Under the pieces are notes generated by a model. That model had not been told where the DNA came from. It saw only the letters and a list, made by a program, of their open reading frames with translations, and did no database searches. A stretch of 64,000 nucleotides of DNA from an uncultured Gammaproteobacteria bacterium (GTDB lineage Bacteria; Patescibacteriota; Patescibacteriia; Magasanikbacterales; JBBTQS01). Shown piece by piece: positions 56,421 to 64,000 of this stretch. Position 1 is the stretch's first letter, and the number at the start of each line of letters is the position of its first letter. The position numbers and the translations under genes are program-made. Location of the stretch: NCBI GenBank assembly GCA_964627055.1, contig CAZVGV010000001.1, positions 19,620-83,619 of the forward strand, given 5' to 3'.

Positions 56421-57038
56421 ATGCCGACGAAAGCAATTCTTTTTGATGCCGATGGCGTGACCATTCTCGGCGACCGGTTTAGTGTGCAGTATGCGCGTGA
56501 TTTCGGTGTGCCTACGACCACACTTGATGCGTTTTTTAAGACTGAAGCGTTTGCGCAGTGCTTGCTAGGACATGGGGACTTGAAGGAAATCATCGCGCCG
56601 TATCTCGACTCCTGGCAGTGGAAGGGAAGTGTGGATGAACTCCTCGCGTATTGGTTCCGTGCGGAGAGCGGCGTTGATCAACAGCTTGTAGCGTGGGTAC
56701 GCGAACTTCGCGCACGTGGTGTGCGTTGCTACCTCGCGACCAACAATGAACCGTATCGCACGCAGTATTTGCGCGAGCATGTTGGCCTTGGCGAGGTATT
56801 CGACGGCATCTACTCGTCCGGCGAAATCGGGGTCAAAAAACACGATCCGAAGTATTTCGAAATTGTGTACGCGTCACTGATAGAACTCGGCGTCGAAAAG
56901 TCAGAAGTAGTGCTTTTCGACGATTTGCAGGCGAACATTGATTGCGCGCAGCAGTTTGGTTTTGAGGCGCATTTTTACACCACGCTTGAGGACGCGCAGG
57001 CATGGTTGACGGCACAAGAGACCATTGCTAGTCTCTAA
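56421..57038 (+). CDS. HAD family hydrolase
   Basis: LFDADGV, LATNN, GVKKHD, LFDD. Confidence 0.9.
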   Translation: MPTKAILFDADGVTILGDRFSVQYARDFGVPTTTLDAFFKTEAFAQCLLGHGDLKEIIAPYLDSWQWKGSVDELLAYWFRAESGVDQQLVAWVRELRARGVRCYLATNNEPYRTQYLREHVGLGEVFDGIYSSGEIGVKKHDPKYFEIVYASLIELGVEKSEVVLFDDLQANIDCAQQFGFEAHFYTTLEDAQAWLTAQETIASL

Positions 57039-57070
57039 AAGGCCTGCACCACCGGCCAGGAGGAAACCGC

Positions 57071-57490
57071 ATGAGCCCGTATGAGATTCCGGGTGCGTAT
57101 GTTGCATTGTTTACGCACGACAGGGTGGAGTATGTCACGGTGGATTACTACCACCGTGGACAAAGCGGGCTGAAAATTATCCGACCAGACCTTGTCTTTC
57201 CCGAGTGGGAAGATCGAGGACTGGTGGGTGTTGCGCCCAGCACCATGCGCACGTTGCACGCTGATCTGGCGGTGCTCCATCGGCGACGCGTGATCGTCTG
57301 CGTCACACAGTGCCAAGTCCAAGCAGGAGAGAGCATGCTTCCTGGTTGGAGGATCGCAAGATTGCGCTTCAAGATGAAACGTATTAACGACCTCCCTACG
57401 GCACTCCGGCCGACAATCAGTGTCACGGACGAACCTGTGGGGGTGGGTTTGCCAATCCGACGCGTCGTCTTTCTCCTCCGCGTGTCGTGA
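57071..57490 (+). CDS. Hypothetical protein (orphan cassette)
   Basis: AGGAGG SD, 139 aa, terminator after the stop codon. Confidence 0.6.
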   Translation: MSPYEIPGAYVALFTHDRVEYVTVDYYHRGQSGLKIIRPDLVFPEWEDRGLVGVAPSTMRTLHADLAVLHRRRVIVCVTQCQVQAGESMLPGWRIARLRFKMKRINDLPTALRPTISVTDEPVGVGLPIRRVVFLLRVS

Positions 57491-57551
57491 AGAACGTAGA
57501 AGACACTGGAGCACCCGCCTCACCGTTACGGTAGAGCGCGGGTCTTCTTTT

Positions 57552-57809
57552 TTATAAAAATTCTTTAAGGTCGAAGTCGCGCAGATAGAGGATGACGAAT
57601 CCGATAAGAATACAAACAGCAGCACTTGCGACATCCTGGTTGGGGAAGATGTAAATATCTGCGAGGTGCCACACGCCGCGCCACAGCAACACAATTGCGG
57701 TGCCAACGAGCATCGCAGCGAGAATATGGTGCTGGCGTTCGAACCGTCTCACTCTGCGTTGATATTTTTCGATAACTTCGTTTTCGTTTTTGCGTTGGCG
57801 CTTGGGCAT
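57552..57809 (-). CDS. Small two-TM membrane protein
   Basis: AIVLLWRGVWHLAD motif and a second hydrophobic helix. Confidence 0.7.
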   Translation of the reverse strand: MPKRQRKNENEVIEKYQRRVRRFERQHHILAAMLVGTAIVLLWRGVWHLADIYIFPNQDVASAAVCILIGFVILYLRDFDLKEFL

Positions 57810-57886
57810 AGAACAAAAATTGTATGCTAAGTATAGCACGAGCGAATCTTGTTGTGAGATGGAACCAATGGTACGGTGAGAATACT

Positions 57887-58135
57887 ATGGATCAACAAAA
57901 AACAACGGCGCAATTGCGCTCAGCAGTGCGTAAACAAACGATTGGATTCATGACCGCAGGTTTCAGCCTTGTGGCTGGTCTTGCGTGGAATGATGCGATT
58001 CAATCTATGATCAAGTGGATCTGGCCAGCAGAAGAGGGTGGCAGTATTGCTGCGAAGTTTTTGTACGCAGCTATTGTGACCTGTGTGATTGTTATCATCA
58101 CGGTTCAGCTGCAAAAATTAGCGGAAAAGGAATAG
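57887..58135 (+). CDS. DUF5654-like small membrane protein
   Basis: AGFSLVAGLAWNDAI...KFLYA. Confidence 0.75.
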   Translation: MDQQKTTAQLRSAVRKQTIGFMTAGFSLVAGLAWNDAIQSMIKWIWPAEEGGSIAAKFLYAAIVTCVIVIITVQLQKLAEKE

Positions 58136-58216
58136 ATGAAATACGCGTCATGCAATTGCTGTAGTACTGAAGTGGAAACTCTGGCCAGAGTTCATTTACT
58201 TTTAATCTGAGATTGT

Positions 58217-58741
58217 ATGAAAAAATCAGTACTCGCTATTGCGCTCCCTGCGATATTGGGATTGAGCGTACTTGTATCCGGTAGCGCGTCAGCAATGACG
58301 ATGGGTATGGGTGGTGGTGCACACGCAATGCTGTGGGCACAGAATCCAGATCAGGCTGCTGCACAATTGCAGACACGCTTCGAAAGCGCTGCAAAGATGC
58401 TTGGTATCAGCGTTGAAGATGTGAAGGCGGCGTGGGCAGAAGGTACGTCCATGCAGCAGCTCGCAAAGGACAAGGGAGTAACTGCAGATCAGCTTCGTGC
58501 GCGTGCACTTGAACAGCATCGTGTCGAAGCAAAGGCACAATTGCAATCGCTTGTGACCAAGGGTATTATTACGCAAGCACAGGCTGACGCTCGTCTGAAG
58601 TTCATGGAGACGCAATGGAAGAAGATGGACACTACTTTCCAAGGACAGAAGGACAAGAAAGGTAAAAAAGTGAAGAGCGAAGAGTCTCGCAAGGAGGGTG
58701 CTCGTGGAGGGTTCGGCATGTTTGGTGGAATGCACTTCTAG
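58217..58741 (+). CDS. Secreted helical hypothetical protein
   Basis: Signal peptide ASA; GIITQAQAD motif. Confidence 0.75.
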   Translation: MKKSVLAIALPAILGLSVLVSGSASAMTMGMGGGAHAMLWAQNPDQAAAQLQTRFESAAKMLGISVEDVKAAWAEGTSMQQLAKDKGVTADQLRARALEQHRVEAKAQLQSLVTKGIITQAQADARLKFMETQWKKMDTTFQGQKDKKGKKVKSEESRKEGARGGFGMFGGMHF

Positions 58742-58775
58742 AAAGATATCTGAAAATTCGTAACGTATAAGAACT

Positions 58776-59309
58776 ATGGAGCAAAAGTCGTGGATCGCAG
58801 TTGGTGTATTGGCGGCCATCATCATTATTGGTGTGGCGATCGTCAGTAGCACTGGGGATAAAGAGGAGATAGTAGAACAGCCAGTGAACACCGACCGCAG
58901 TCTTATTGTAGAGGAACAGCCTGCGGTTGAACCGACACAAGTTGAATCTGAGATTGTCGCGACCACGACACCTCCAGCGGCTGTTGTCCCGGCATCTGCA
59001 CCTAGTATCGCTACTTCGTCACCAAGCAAGCCAACAACCGCAAACACTCCCACAACGAATGCGCCAGTAGTTGCTTCGTATACACTTGCTCAAGTGAGTG
59101 TTCATGCATCAGCAAATGATTGCTGGACGGTAGTTCGAGGGAATGTTTACAACGTAACGTCGTTTGTACGTCGTCACCCGGGTGGAGTCGAATCAATCTC
59201 CCAGGTATGCGGCCGTGATGGCACTGCGTTCTTCGAAGATCAGCATGGAGGTCAGAAGTCCCCTGAGTCTGTGCTCGCTTCCTTGAAGGTTGGTGTGCTC
59301 GTACGATAA
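58776..59309 (+). CDS. Membrane-anchored cytochrome b5-like heme/steroid-binding protein
   Basis: YTLAQVSVH..DCW..VYNVT..HPGG..GRDGT..FEDQH. Confidence 0.88.
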   Translation: MEQKSWIAVGVLAAIIIIGVAIVSSTGDKEEIVEQPVNTDRSLIVEEQPAVEPTQVESEIVATTTPPAAVVPASAPSIATSSPSKPTTANTPTTNAPVVASYTLAQVSVHASANDCWTVVRGNVYNVTSFVRRHPGGVESISQVCGRDGTAFFEDQHGGQKSPESVLASLKVGVLVR

Positions 59310-59388
59310 TACGGAAAGAGGATTCATTCCTGTAAGACACGAAGACAAACCCCGACGCGCGTAAAGCGGTCGGGGTTTGTTGTGTTGG

Positions 59389-60591
59389 TTACTTCTGGAT
59401 CGGCACACGAAGTGCAATCCCAGCGAGCAGCGTACCTGCTATTAGCCAAGCGGCTGCTGCAGAGTACGAGCCGATGAGACCAAAGCAGAGTAGTCCGACG
59501 CCTCCACCGATATGATGCGAGAGCGAAGCGATGGAAAGCAATGTGGCGCGATACTTCGGTGGGAAATGATGGGAGTAGAACCCGTCGCGCAGAGGCGCAA
59601 TGGCACCTCTGCAGGCTTCATGTGCAAGGAATCCACCGATGCTCATAACGGTGCAGAGCCACCCATCAAGGAACCAGAGCGCTACTCCAATTGCTGTGAT
59701 AACGACACCCGTGCTGCTGTACAGCAGGCGTAATGCGTGTTCGTCGCTGCCTGCGAAGACGAGCGCGCGCGGCACTACTACCTTCAGCCCAAACATGATA
59801 CAGAGCGTGATTGCGACATAGAATGCCCCATTCCACTGTTCTCCTCCGAGAGCCTCTTGTACAAGTGGTACCCATTGAATATTAGGAACTGCGATTGCTG
59901 CAGTGAACACCGTTGTGACGATGAACATGTACTTGAGTTGCGTATTCTGCAAACTCCATCGTAGTGCCCCCAACATCGAATCGGCGGGGTGAACTGGGGT
60001 TCCCATATCATGTGCGTTTGCTCTGTAGCCAAGGTCTTCGTGCATCATGTACGAAGCAACTCCAGTTGCAGTGAAGGTTGCGCACGCGGAAAGAATCCAC
60101 GGCGCCTGAGGAGACCACTGGAGGAGCAAGGCACCAATGGGTGCGCCTACGCAGATTGCCAGCGCTTCGATGAATCGAGACTTGGCGAACAGCTTCGACA
60201 TACGCTCGCTGTGTCCAAGCGAACGAAGCTGGTCAGTGATCCAGGCGTCAAAGGCTCCCGAAGCGAAGGTGCATCCGACTGCGTCGATGAGTTCTGCAGC
60301 CATGAACCATGGCATGGATCCGCTGAATCCGAACAGGAGCATGCTGATGGAGTTCATCATCCAGGCGGTCAGTACAGAGCCTCTGCGTCCGAACTTGTCC
60401 GCCAGAATGCCTGTTGGTATCTCGAAGAGGAATTGCCCCCAGAAGAAGACGGAGTTCACAAGGCTCACCTCGAAGATGGTGAGACCGTTGTGCAGCAAGT
60501 AAGGAACGTAGACAGGGAAAATCATCCCAGCCCCGAACGCCCGAAGGAACGTAAGCAGCAGAAAGAGTCGAATGGTCGTGTGAATTGTCAT
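59389..60591 (-). CDS. MFS transporter (probable exporter)
   Basis: EIPTGILADKFGRR motif A, SGAFDAW, ~12 TM helices. Confidence 0.9.
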   Translation of the reverse strand: MTIHTTIRLFLLLTFLRAFGAGMIFPVYVPYLLHNGLTIFEVSLVNSVFFWGQFLFEIPTGILADKFGRRGSVLTAWMMNSISMLLFGFSGSMPWFMAAELIDAVGCTFASGAFDAWITDQLRSLGHSERMSKLFAKSRFIEALAICVGAPIGALLLQWSPQAPWILSACATFTATGVASYMMHEDLGYRANAHDMGTPVHPADSMLGALRWSLQNTQLKYMFIVTTVFTAAIAVPNIQWVPLVQEALGGEQWNGAFYVAITLCIMFGLKVVVPRALVFAGSDEHALRLLYSSTGVVITAIGVALWFLDGWLCTVMSIGGFLAHEACRGAIAPLRDGFYSHHFPPKYRATLLSIASLSHHIGGGVGLLCFGLIGSYSAAAAWLIAGTLLAGIALRVPIQK

Positions 60592-60641
60592 GGAACGCCT
60601 CCTTGGTGGTTGTTGGTGTGGCGGAATCCTGATACCCAGAC

Positions 60642-60740
60642 GAAAACGAAAACGCCTCGGTATCTGGCCGAGACGTTCTTCGTGGAAAATGATGAAAATG
60701 CAATTATGCAGTCATTTCACGAACACAATCCCGGCCAACG
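60642..60740 (-). promoter_or_regulatory. Terminator/antiterminator attenuator in the MFS leader
   Basis: Terminator GAACGUCUCGG/CCGAGGCGUUUU; its 5' arm alternatively pairs with upstream UUGGCCGGGAU and UUCGUG. Confidence 0.65.
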
Positions 60741-60820
60741 CGGAAACCGCGTGACGCGACAAGAACACCAGCAAACTGCGGGGTATCCTTGCGATAAATT
60801 GTGTAGATGTGACCACACAT
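60704..60820 (-). CDS. Putative 38-aa leader peptide
   Basis: MCGHIYTIYRKDTPQFAGVLVASRGFRVGRDCVREMTA; stop codon lies in the antiterminator loop. Confidence 0.5.
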   Translation of the reverse strand: MCGHIYTIYRKDTPQFAGVLVASRGFRVGRDCVREMTA

Positions 60821-60908
60821 AGTATTGAAATTTCTTCTTTTAGTTGATCACGATTGCACGAATCTGTCAAGTTCGGTACTCTGGGTGTCATAAATACCTC
60901 GAAACGGC

Positions 60909-61601
60909 ATGGGTATGCGTGAACACTATTTCATTACCGACCTCGCAGCACATCAAGGTACAATTCATCTCCAAGACCGCGCGGTTTGCAAGCAAATCAC
61001 GTCAGTATTGCGATTGGGGGTAGGTGACACCATTGTGTTGGGTGATGGGAATGGGACACGCGCAGTCTGCACGATCAGTGCCATCGAGCGAACACAAATA
61101 GTGTGCACCGTCATCAACGAGGTACGTGTGCTAGCGCCGACTCGCGCCATCCGTATTGCGGCTGCTATTACCAAGCGCGACACGTTCGAATGGATGGTCC
61201 AAAAAGTCACAGAAATTGGTGTCACACGAATTACTCCATTGCGCACAGATCGCACGGTGAAGCTCGGTGCCAATCTTGATAGACTCAGCTCGATTGCTCG
61301 CGAAGCAGTTGAACAAAGTGGTCAGGCCTTCCTTCCTGTGATTGATGAGCCCATGACGCTTGATGACCTTCTGCGAGAAGAGCCATCAGGATTTTGGTGT
61401 GAACTTGATGCAACGACATCGAGCGTTGTTCTGGCTAACGCGCCGCACTGTGTTATTGCGATTGGTCCGGAAGGTGGGTGGTCAGAGGAGGAGCGCACAC
61501 AACTACGTCGTGCTTCATGGGAGCCTATACTGTTGGCACACGCGACCCTTCGCGCTGAGACTGCTGCAATCGTTGCAGCTGCCCGCGCACTGCAGGTTTG
61601 A
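60909..61601 (+). CDS. rsmE: 16S rRNA m3U1498 methyltransferase
   Basis: SVLRL, QKVTEIGV, EAVEQS, IGPEGGWS, LRAETA. Confidence 0.93.
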   Translation: MGMREHYFITDLAAHQGTIHLQDRAVCKQITSVLRLGVGDTIVLGDGNGTRAVCTISAIERTQIVCTVINEVRVLAPTRAIRIAAAITKRDTFEWMVQKVTEIGVTRITPLRTDRTVKLGANLDRLSSIAREAVEQSGQAFLPVIDEPMTLDDLLREEPSGFWCELDATTSSVVLANAPHCVIAIGPEGGWSEEERTQLRRASWEPILLAHATLRAETAAIVAAARALQV

Positions 61602-61651
61602 CAGGTAAGGGTGCCTACGCTACACTAGAGCTGCTTGAGAAATACATAAAT

Positions 61652-61724
61652 CGCGGGGTAGAGCAATTGGCAGCTCGCCAGGCCCATAACCTGGAGGTTG
61701 GCGGTTCAAGTCCGCCCCCCGCAA
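61652..61724 (+). tRNA. Initiator tRNA-fMet(CAT)
   Basis: C1:A72 mismatch, CGCGGGG/CCCCGCA acceptor, CAT anticodon; no encoded CCA. Confidence 0.92.
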
Positions 61725-61732
61725 CACTCCTT

Positions 61733-61766
61733 AAACAAACGCCGCCCCTTTGGGCGGCGTTTGTTT
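61733..61766. terminator. Bidirectional intrinsic terminator
   Basis: AAACAAACGCCGCCC-CTTT-GGGCGGCGTTTGTTT. Confidence 0.85.
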
Positions 61767-62532
61767 ATTTCACAAACTCAATGATATTAGGCACGGGCGT
61801 AATCGAGTCGTACGTCAGTGACTTCTTGCCGTCCGGGAATGTCATGTCGCGAATCACGAGGCCAGTTGAAGGACCGCCGTCGAGATTAAGTGCGATACGT
61901 ACTTGCTGGTCACCGCTGAGAGCGCCAGCGATTTCGCGTGCGAATTGGTAGAGCGTGATCTGTCCGAAATAATTGATGATAAGGAGTTGGTTATCCCGGG
62001 TGATCGCGAGAGCGGTTCGGCGAGCGCGTTTGCCACTGTCTTCCTTTACTGCTGGTTCGTAGTTCTTTACGAGGATGGGGTAACTCTGGAGACCGTCCTT
62101 TGTCGCTAGCAACGAATCGATAGATACCTTCGCGAGATCTTCAATCCTCACAGTACCTTGCGCATCAATGCGAATGAGGCCACTGCGGTCGAGATCATAG
62201 GCACTTGATCCTGTGCGTACGCCACCGACAGAGAAATAGCCGGTTGGCAGGTTATTCTCGTCGAAGTAGGATCCATTGATCACCATGCATTGTGTGCACT
62301 GCGCAGCCCACTGGGAAAGAAACATCGATTCTGAGCTCGTGCGCAATCGTGCGCGAGCTCCTTCAGGTACTGGTGTAACCACGAGACCAGAAATATGCGT
62401 CGGATCTGGAGGAAGTGAGTTGCGCGACCCCGAGCTCTCTGGTGCGTGTACAGGGTTCGCCATGATAACCCAAGTGAGCCCCCCAAGGATGCATACGAAA
62501 ACGAGAATAGCGCGTAGAGTCCGAACAAACAT
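61765..62532 (-). CDS. Phosphodiester glycosidase (NAGPA/DUF2233) family protein
   Basis: INGSYFD, ARRTALAI, ALNLDGGPST; N-terminal TM helix. Confidence 0.85.
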   Translation of the reverse strand: MFVRTLRAILVFVCILGGLTWVIMANPVHAPESSGSRNSLPPDPTHISGLVVTPVPEGARARLRTSSESMFLSQWAAQCTQCMVINGSYFDENNLPTGYFSVGGVRTGSSAYDLDRSGLIRIDAQGTVRIEDLAKVSIDSLLATKDGLQSYPILVKNYEPAVKEDSGKRARRTALAITRDNQLLIINYFGQITLYQFAREIAGALSGDQQVRIALNLDGGPSTGLVIRDMTFPDGKKSLTYDSITPVPNIIEFVK

Positions 62533-62602
62533 AGATGGTGAGAGTATACCTGTCTCAAACAAAAATCGCCACTCAATTTGGGAGGCGATTTTTGTATTGC
62601 TG

Positions 62603-62675
62603 AGCGGTAGACCGGATTCGAACCGGCGACCTTTTCCTTGGCAAGGAAACGTTCTACCAACTGAACTACTACCGC
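62603..62675 (-). tRNA. tRNA-Gly(GCC)
   Basis: GCGGTAG/CTACCGC acceptor, TTTCC-TTGCCAA-GGAAA anticodon arm, GGTTCGAAT T-loop. Confidence 0.95.
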
Positions 62676-62797
62676 AGATAACGCTGCTATGCTACCAGAG
62701 GCCCGGGAAAAACGCAAGACCCAAAACCCGTATAAAAGTCGAGCCTCCAGCGCGGTTGCGGAGGAGGCTCTGGGGGTGGTGATTGGTGTCGGAAGGA

Positions 62798-63556
62798 CTA
62801 CTGGAGCATCGAGGAAGGAGTCTGTGTCGAGAGCCGTTGATGTCCGATCACGCTGGCCTGTGCGTTGTAGAGCAGCACGTCATTGTGTGTACGGAGTCGT
62901 GGCAGCCCGCTCTTGGGTAGCATCGCCAGGATCTGGTTGATCCCGGCAGGATCGATGTGGTTCTCGATGCCCCAGAAGGTGATGACATAGACCAGCGGGT
63001 GGCCGTTATCGTCGCAAAGACGCATGGCACCTGGGAGACTCTCTACCCCCGCAGGTGTGAGTTTCGCCATAGACTCCGGAAGTGCGAAGCTTGCGATTGC
63101 CTCGAGGCATGGTTGTGCACTGTACTGCACAAGAGCGACATCGAACGACAGCATGGAACGGAGCACGCAACGTGCATGCGCCCGCGTGAGCGAAACAGAT
63201 GGGAGATCGTCGCCATCGAGCAACGGTTCGCCGTCGGCGTTGACGAAGAGCAGTTGCGCGGGTTGATCTGCGTCGGCAGGGATGAATGTGGCATGCCAGA
63301 ACGGTGCGGTGTCGAGGTTGCAAGATGTGACACTGTTGCGCAGGATCTCCGCAGAGGTGGGGCACAGTGCAACGTTACCGTTCTCATCGGCCGTGCTGAG
63401 CTGTGTGATCGCCATGAGCACTTGTTCTTCGTGCGTTACTACAGCGATGTTGTCCGCGTTGTCATCAACGAGGACGTAGATGCACAGACCAGTTGCTTCC
63501 TTACGTCCCGCGTAGATCAGTCGCGCCTGTGTATCTCCATTCTCGAATGTTTGCAT
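62798..63556 (-). CDS. Hypothetical protein with three degenerate internal repeats
   Basis: AAAGGAGA SD; recurring LVDDNAD / FVNADGEPL / LCDDNGHPL segments. Confidence 0.65.
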   Translation of the reverse strand: MQTFENGDTQARLIYAGRKEATGLCIYVLVDDNADNIAVVTHEEQVLMAITQLSTADENGNVALCPTSAEILRNSVTSCNLDTAPFWHATFIPADADQPAQLLFVNADGEPLLDGDDLPSVSLTRAHARCVLRSMLSFDVALVQYSAQPCLEAIASFALPESMAKLTPAGVESLPGAMRLCDDNGHPLVYVITFWGIENHIDPAGINQILAMLPKSGLPRLRTHNDVLLYNAQASVIGHQRLSTQTPSSMLQ

Positions 63557-63685
63557 CGCAGGGTCTCCTTTTCGATTTCGTACCAAACGATTCGGTACGA
63601 ACCCATCCTATCTCATCCTTTCTTGAAAAGGCAAACACGTCACACCATTTCATTCTTTATATCTGGATTGGTTGCAAATATGTAC

Positions 63686-63717
63686 AAAAACAGTACGACG
63701 CTTAGATCGTCGTACTG
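63686..63717 (-). terminator. Intrinsic terminator
   Basis: CAGTACGACG/CGTCGTACTG 10-bp stem with a T5 tract on the minus strand. Confidence 0.8.
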
Positions 63718-63731
63718 AATCGGGAGCAGCG

Positions 63732-64000
63732 CTATTTTACGGTCGTCTGGCCACTCTTCACTAGTGGTTTCTCTGCACGAGTTTTTGTGTCTGCTTTTGT
63801 CTGATCGTATGCCGAGTACGTGATGGTATCTTCGGACTCCCATTTAATTGAATAGTTCAGACTAGGGTAGGTGTAGAGTGCGTTCAATGTTTGCCCCTCG
63901 TCGAGAGTAATTGCAGCTGGCTTGAATATTCCACTGACAACGTTAAGAAGGCTGACATGACGAGACGACCCAGAACCAGTTCCTTCTTCATCCAGATTCA
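63732..64000 (-). CDS. 3' end of a hypothetical protein entering from beyond the window
   Basis: Open frame ...DEEGTGSGSSRHVSLLNVVSG...KSGQTTVK* followed by a terminator. Confidence 0.65.
   Translation of the reverse strand, partial: NLDEEGTGSGSSRHVSLLNVVSGIFKPAAITLDEGQTLNALYTYPSLNYSIKWESEDTITYSAYDQTKADTKTRAEKPLVKSGQTTVK

Noticed and set aside
63690-64000. Group I intron-like GTTCAGACTA or ncRNA at the right edge
   Set aside because: The region is an uninterrupted minus-strand reading frame ending at 63732 followed by a terminator
1-64000. CRISPR array, rRNA, IS or prophage
   Set aside because: No regularly spaced repeats, rRNA motifs, transposase, integrase or phage structural genes recognised

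Overview
Chromosomal window from a Patescibacteria (CPR) bacterium, most likely Parcubacteria/ABY1-type. This is an inference from the stand-alone rpoB-rpoC, the rpsF-ssb-rpsR operon, split transketolase-pfkB-fba, the membrane pyrophosphatase, core genes that mostly lack a Shine-Dalgarno site, and many orphan genes. Housekeeping content: nfo (5' end only), tig, hppA, a LysM/M23 peptidase, comM, rpsF, ssb, rpsR, recA, a rodZ-like gene, ftsK, rpoB, rpoC, yebC, ruvC, a trxB-like gene, nth, a PIF1 helicase, rsmE and four tRNA genes. The most interesting signals are: (1) four orphan, highly base-paired candidate ncRNAs, each with its own near-consensus sigma70 promoter and a terminator (two in tandem between ftsK and rpoB, two divergent between the trmB-like and trmH-like genes); (2) an operon with putative Fur-family boxes encoding a CooC-like ATPase, a Y4yA-type PLP enzyme and a cysteine-synthase/rhodanese fusion, followed by a Zur-like gene, with no NIS/NRPS synthetase, which may be an undescribed metal-responsive small-molecule pathway; (3) a leader-peptide attenuator upstream of an MFS exporter; (4) a 2.1-kb segment bracketed by an exact 97-bp duplication of tRNA-Gly(TCC), carrying a zinc-knuckle/HicA-like fusion and a decayed gene copy; (5) a distinct class of self-contained orphan cassettes with strong SD sites. 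No CRISPR array, rRNA, transposase, integrase or reverse transcriptase was seen. All RNA structures were paired by eye and protein families were recognised from motifs; no database search was run.
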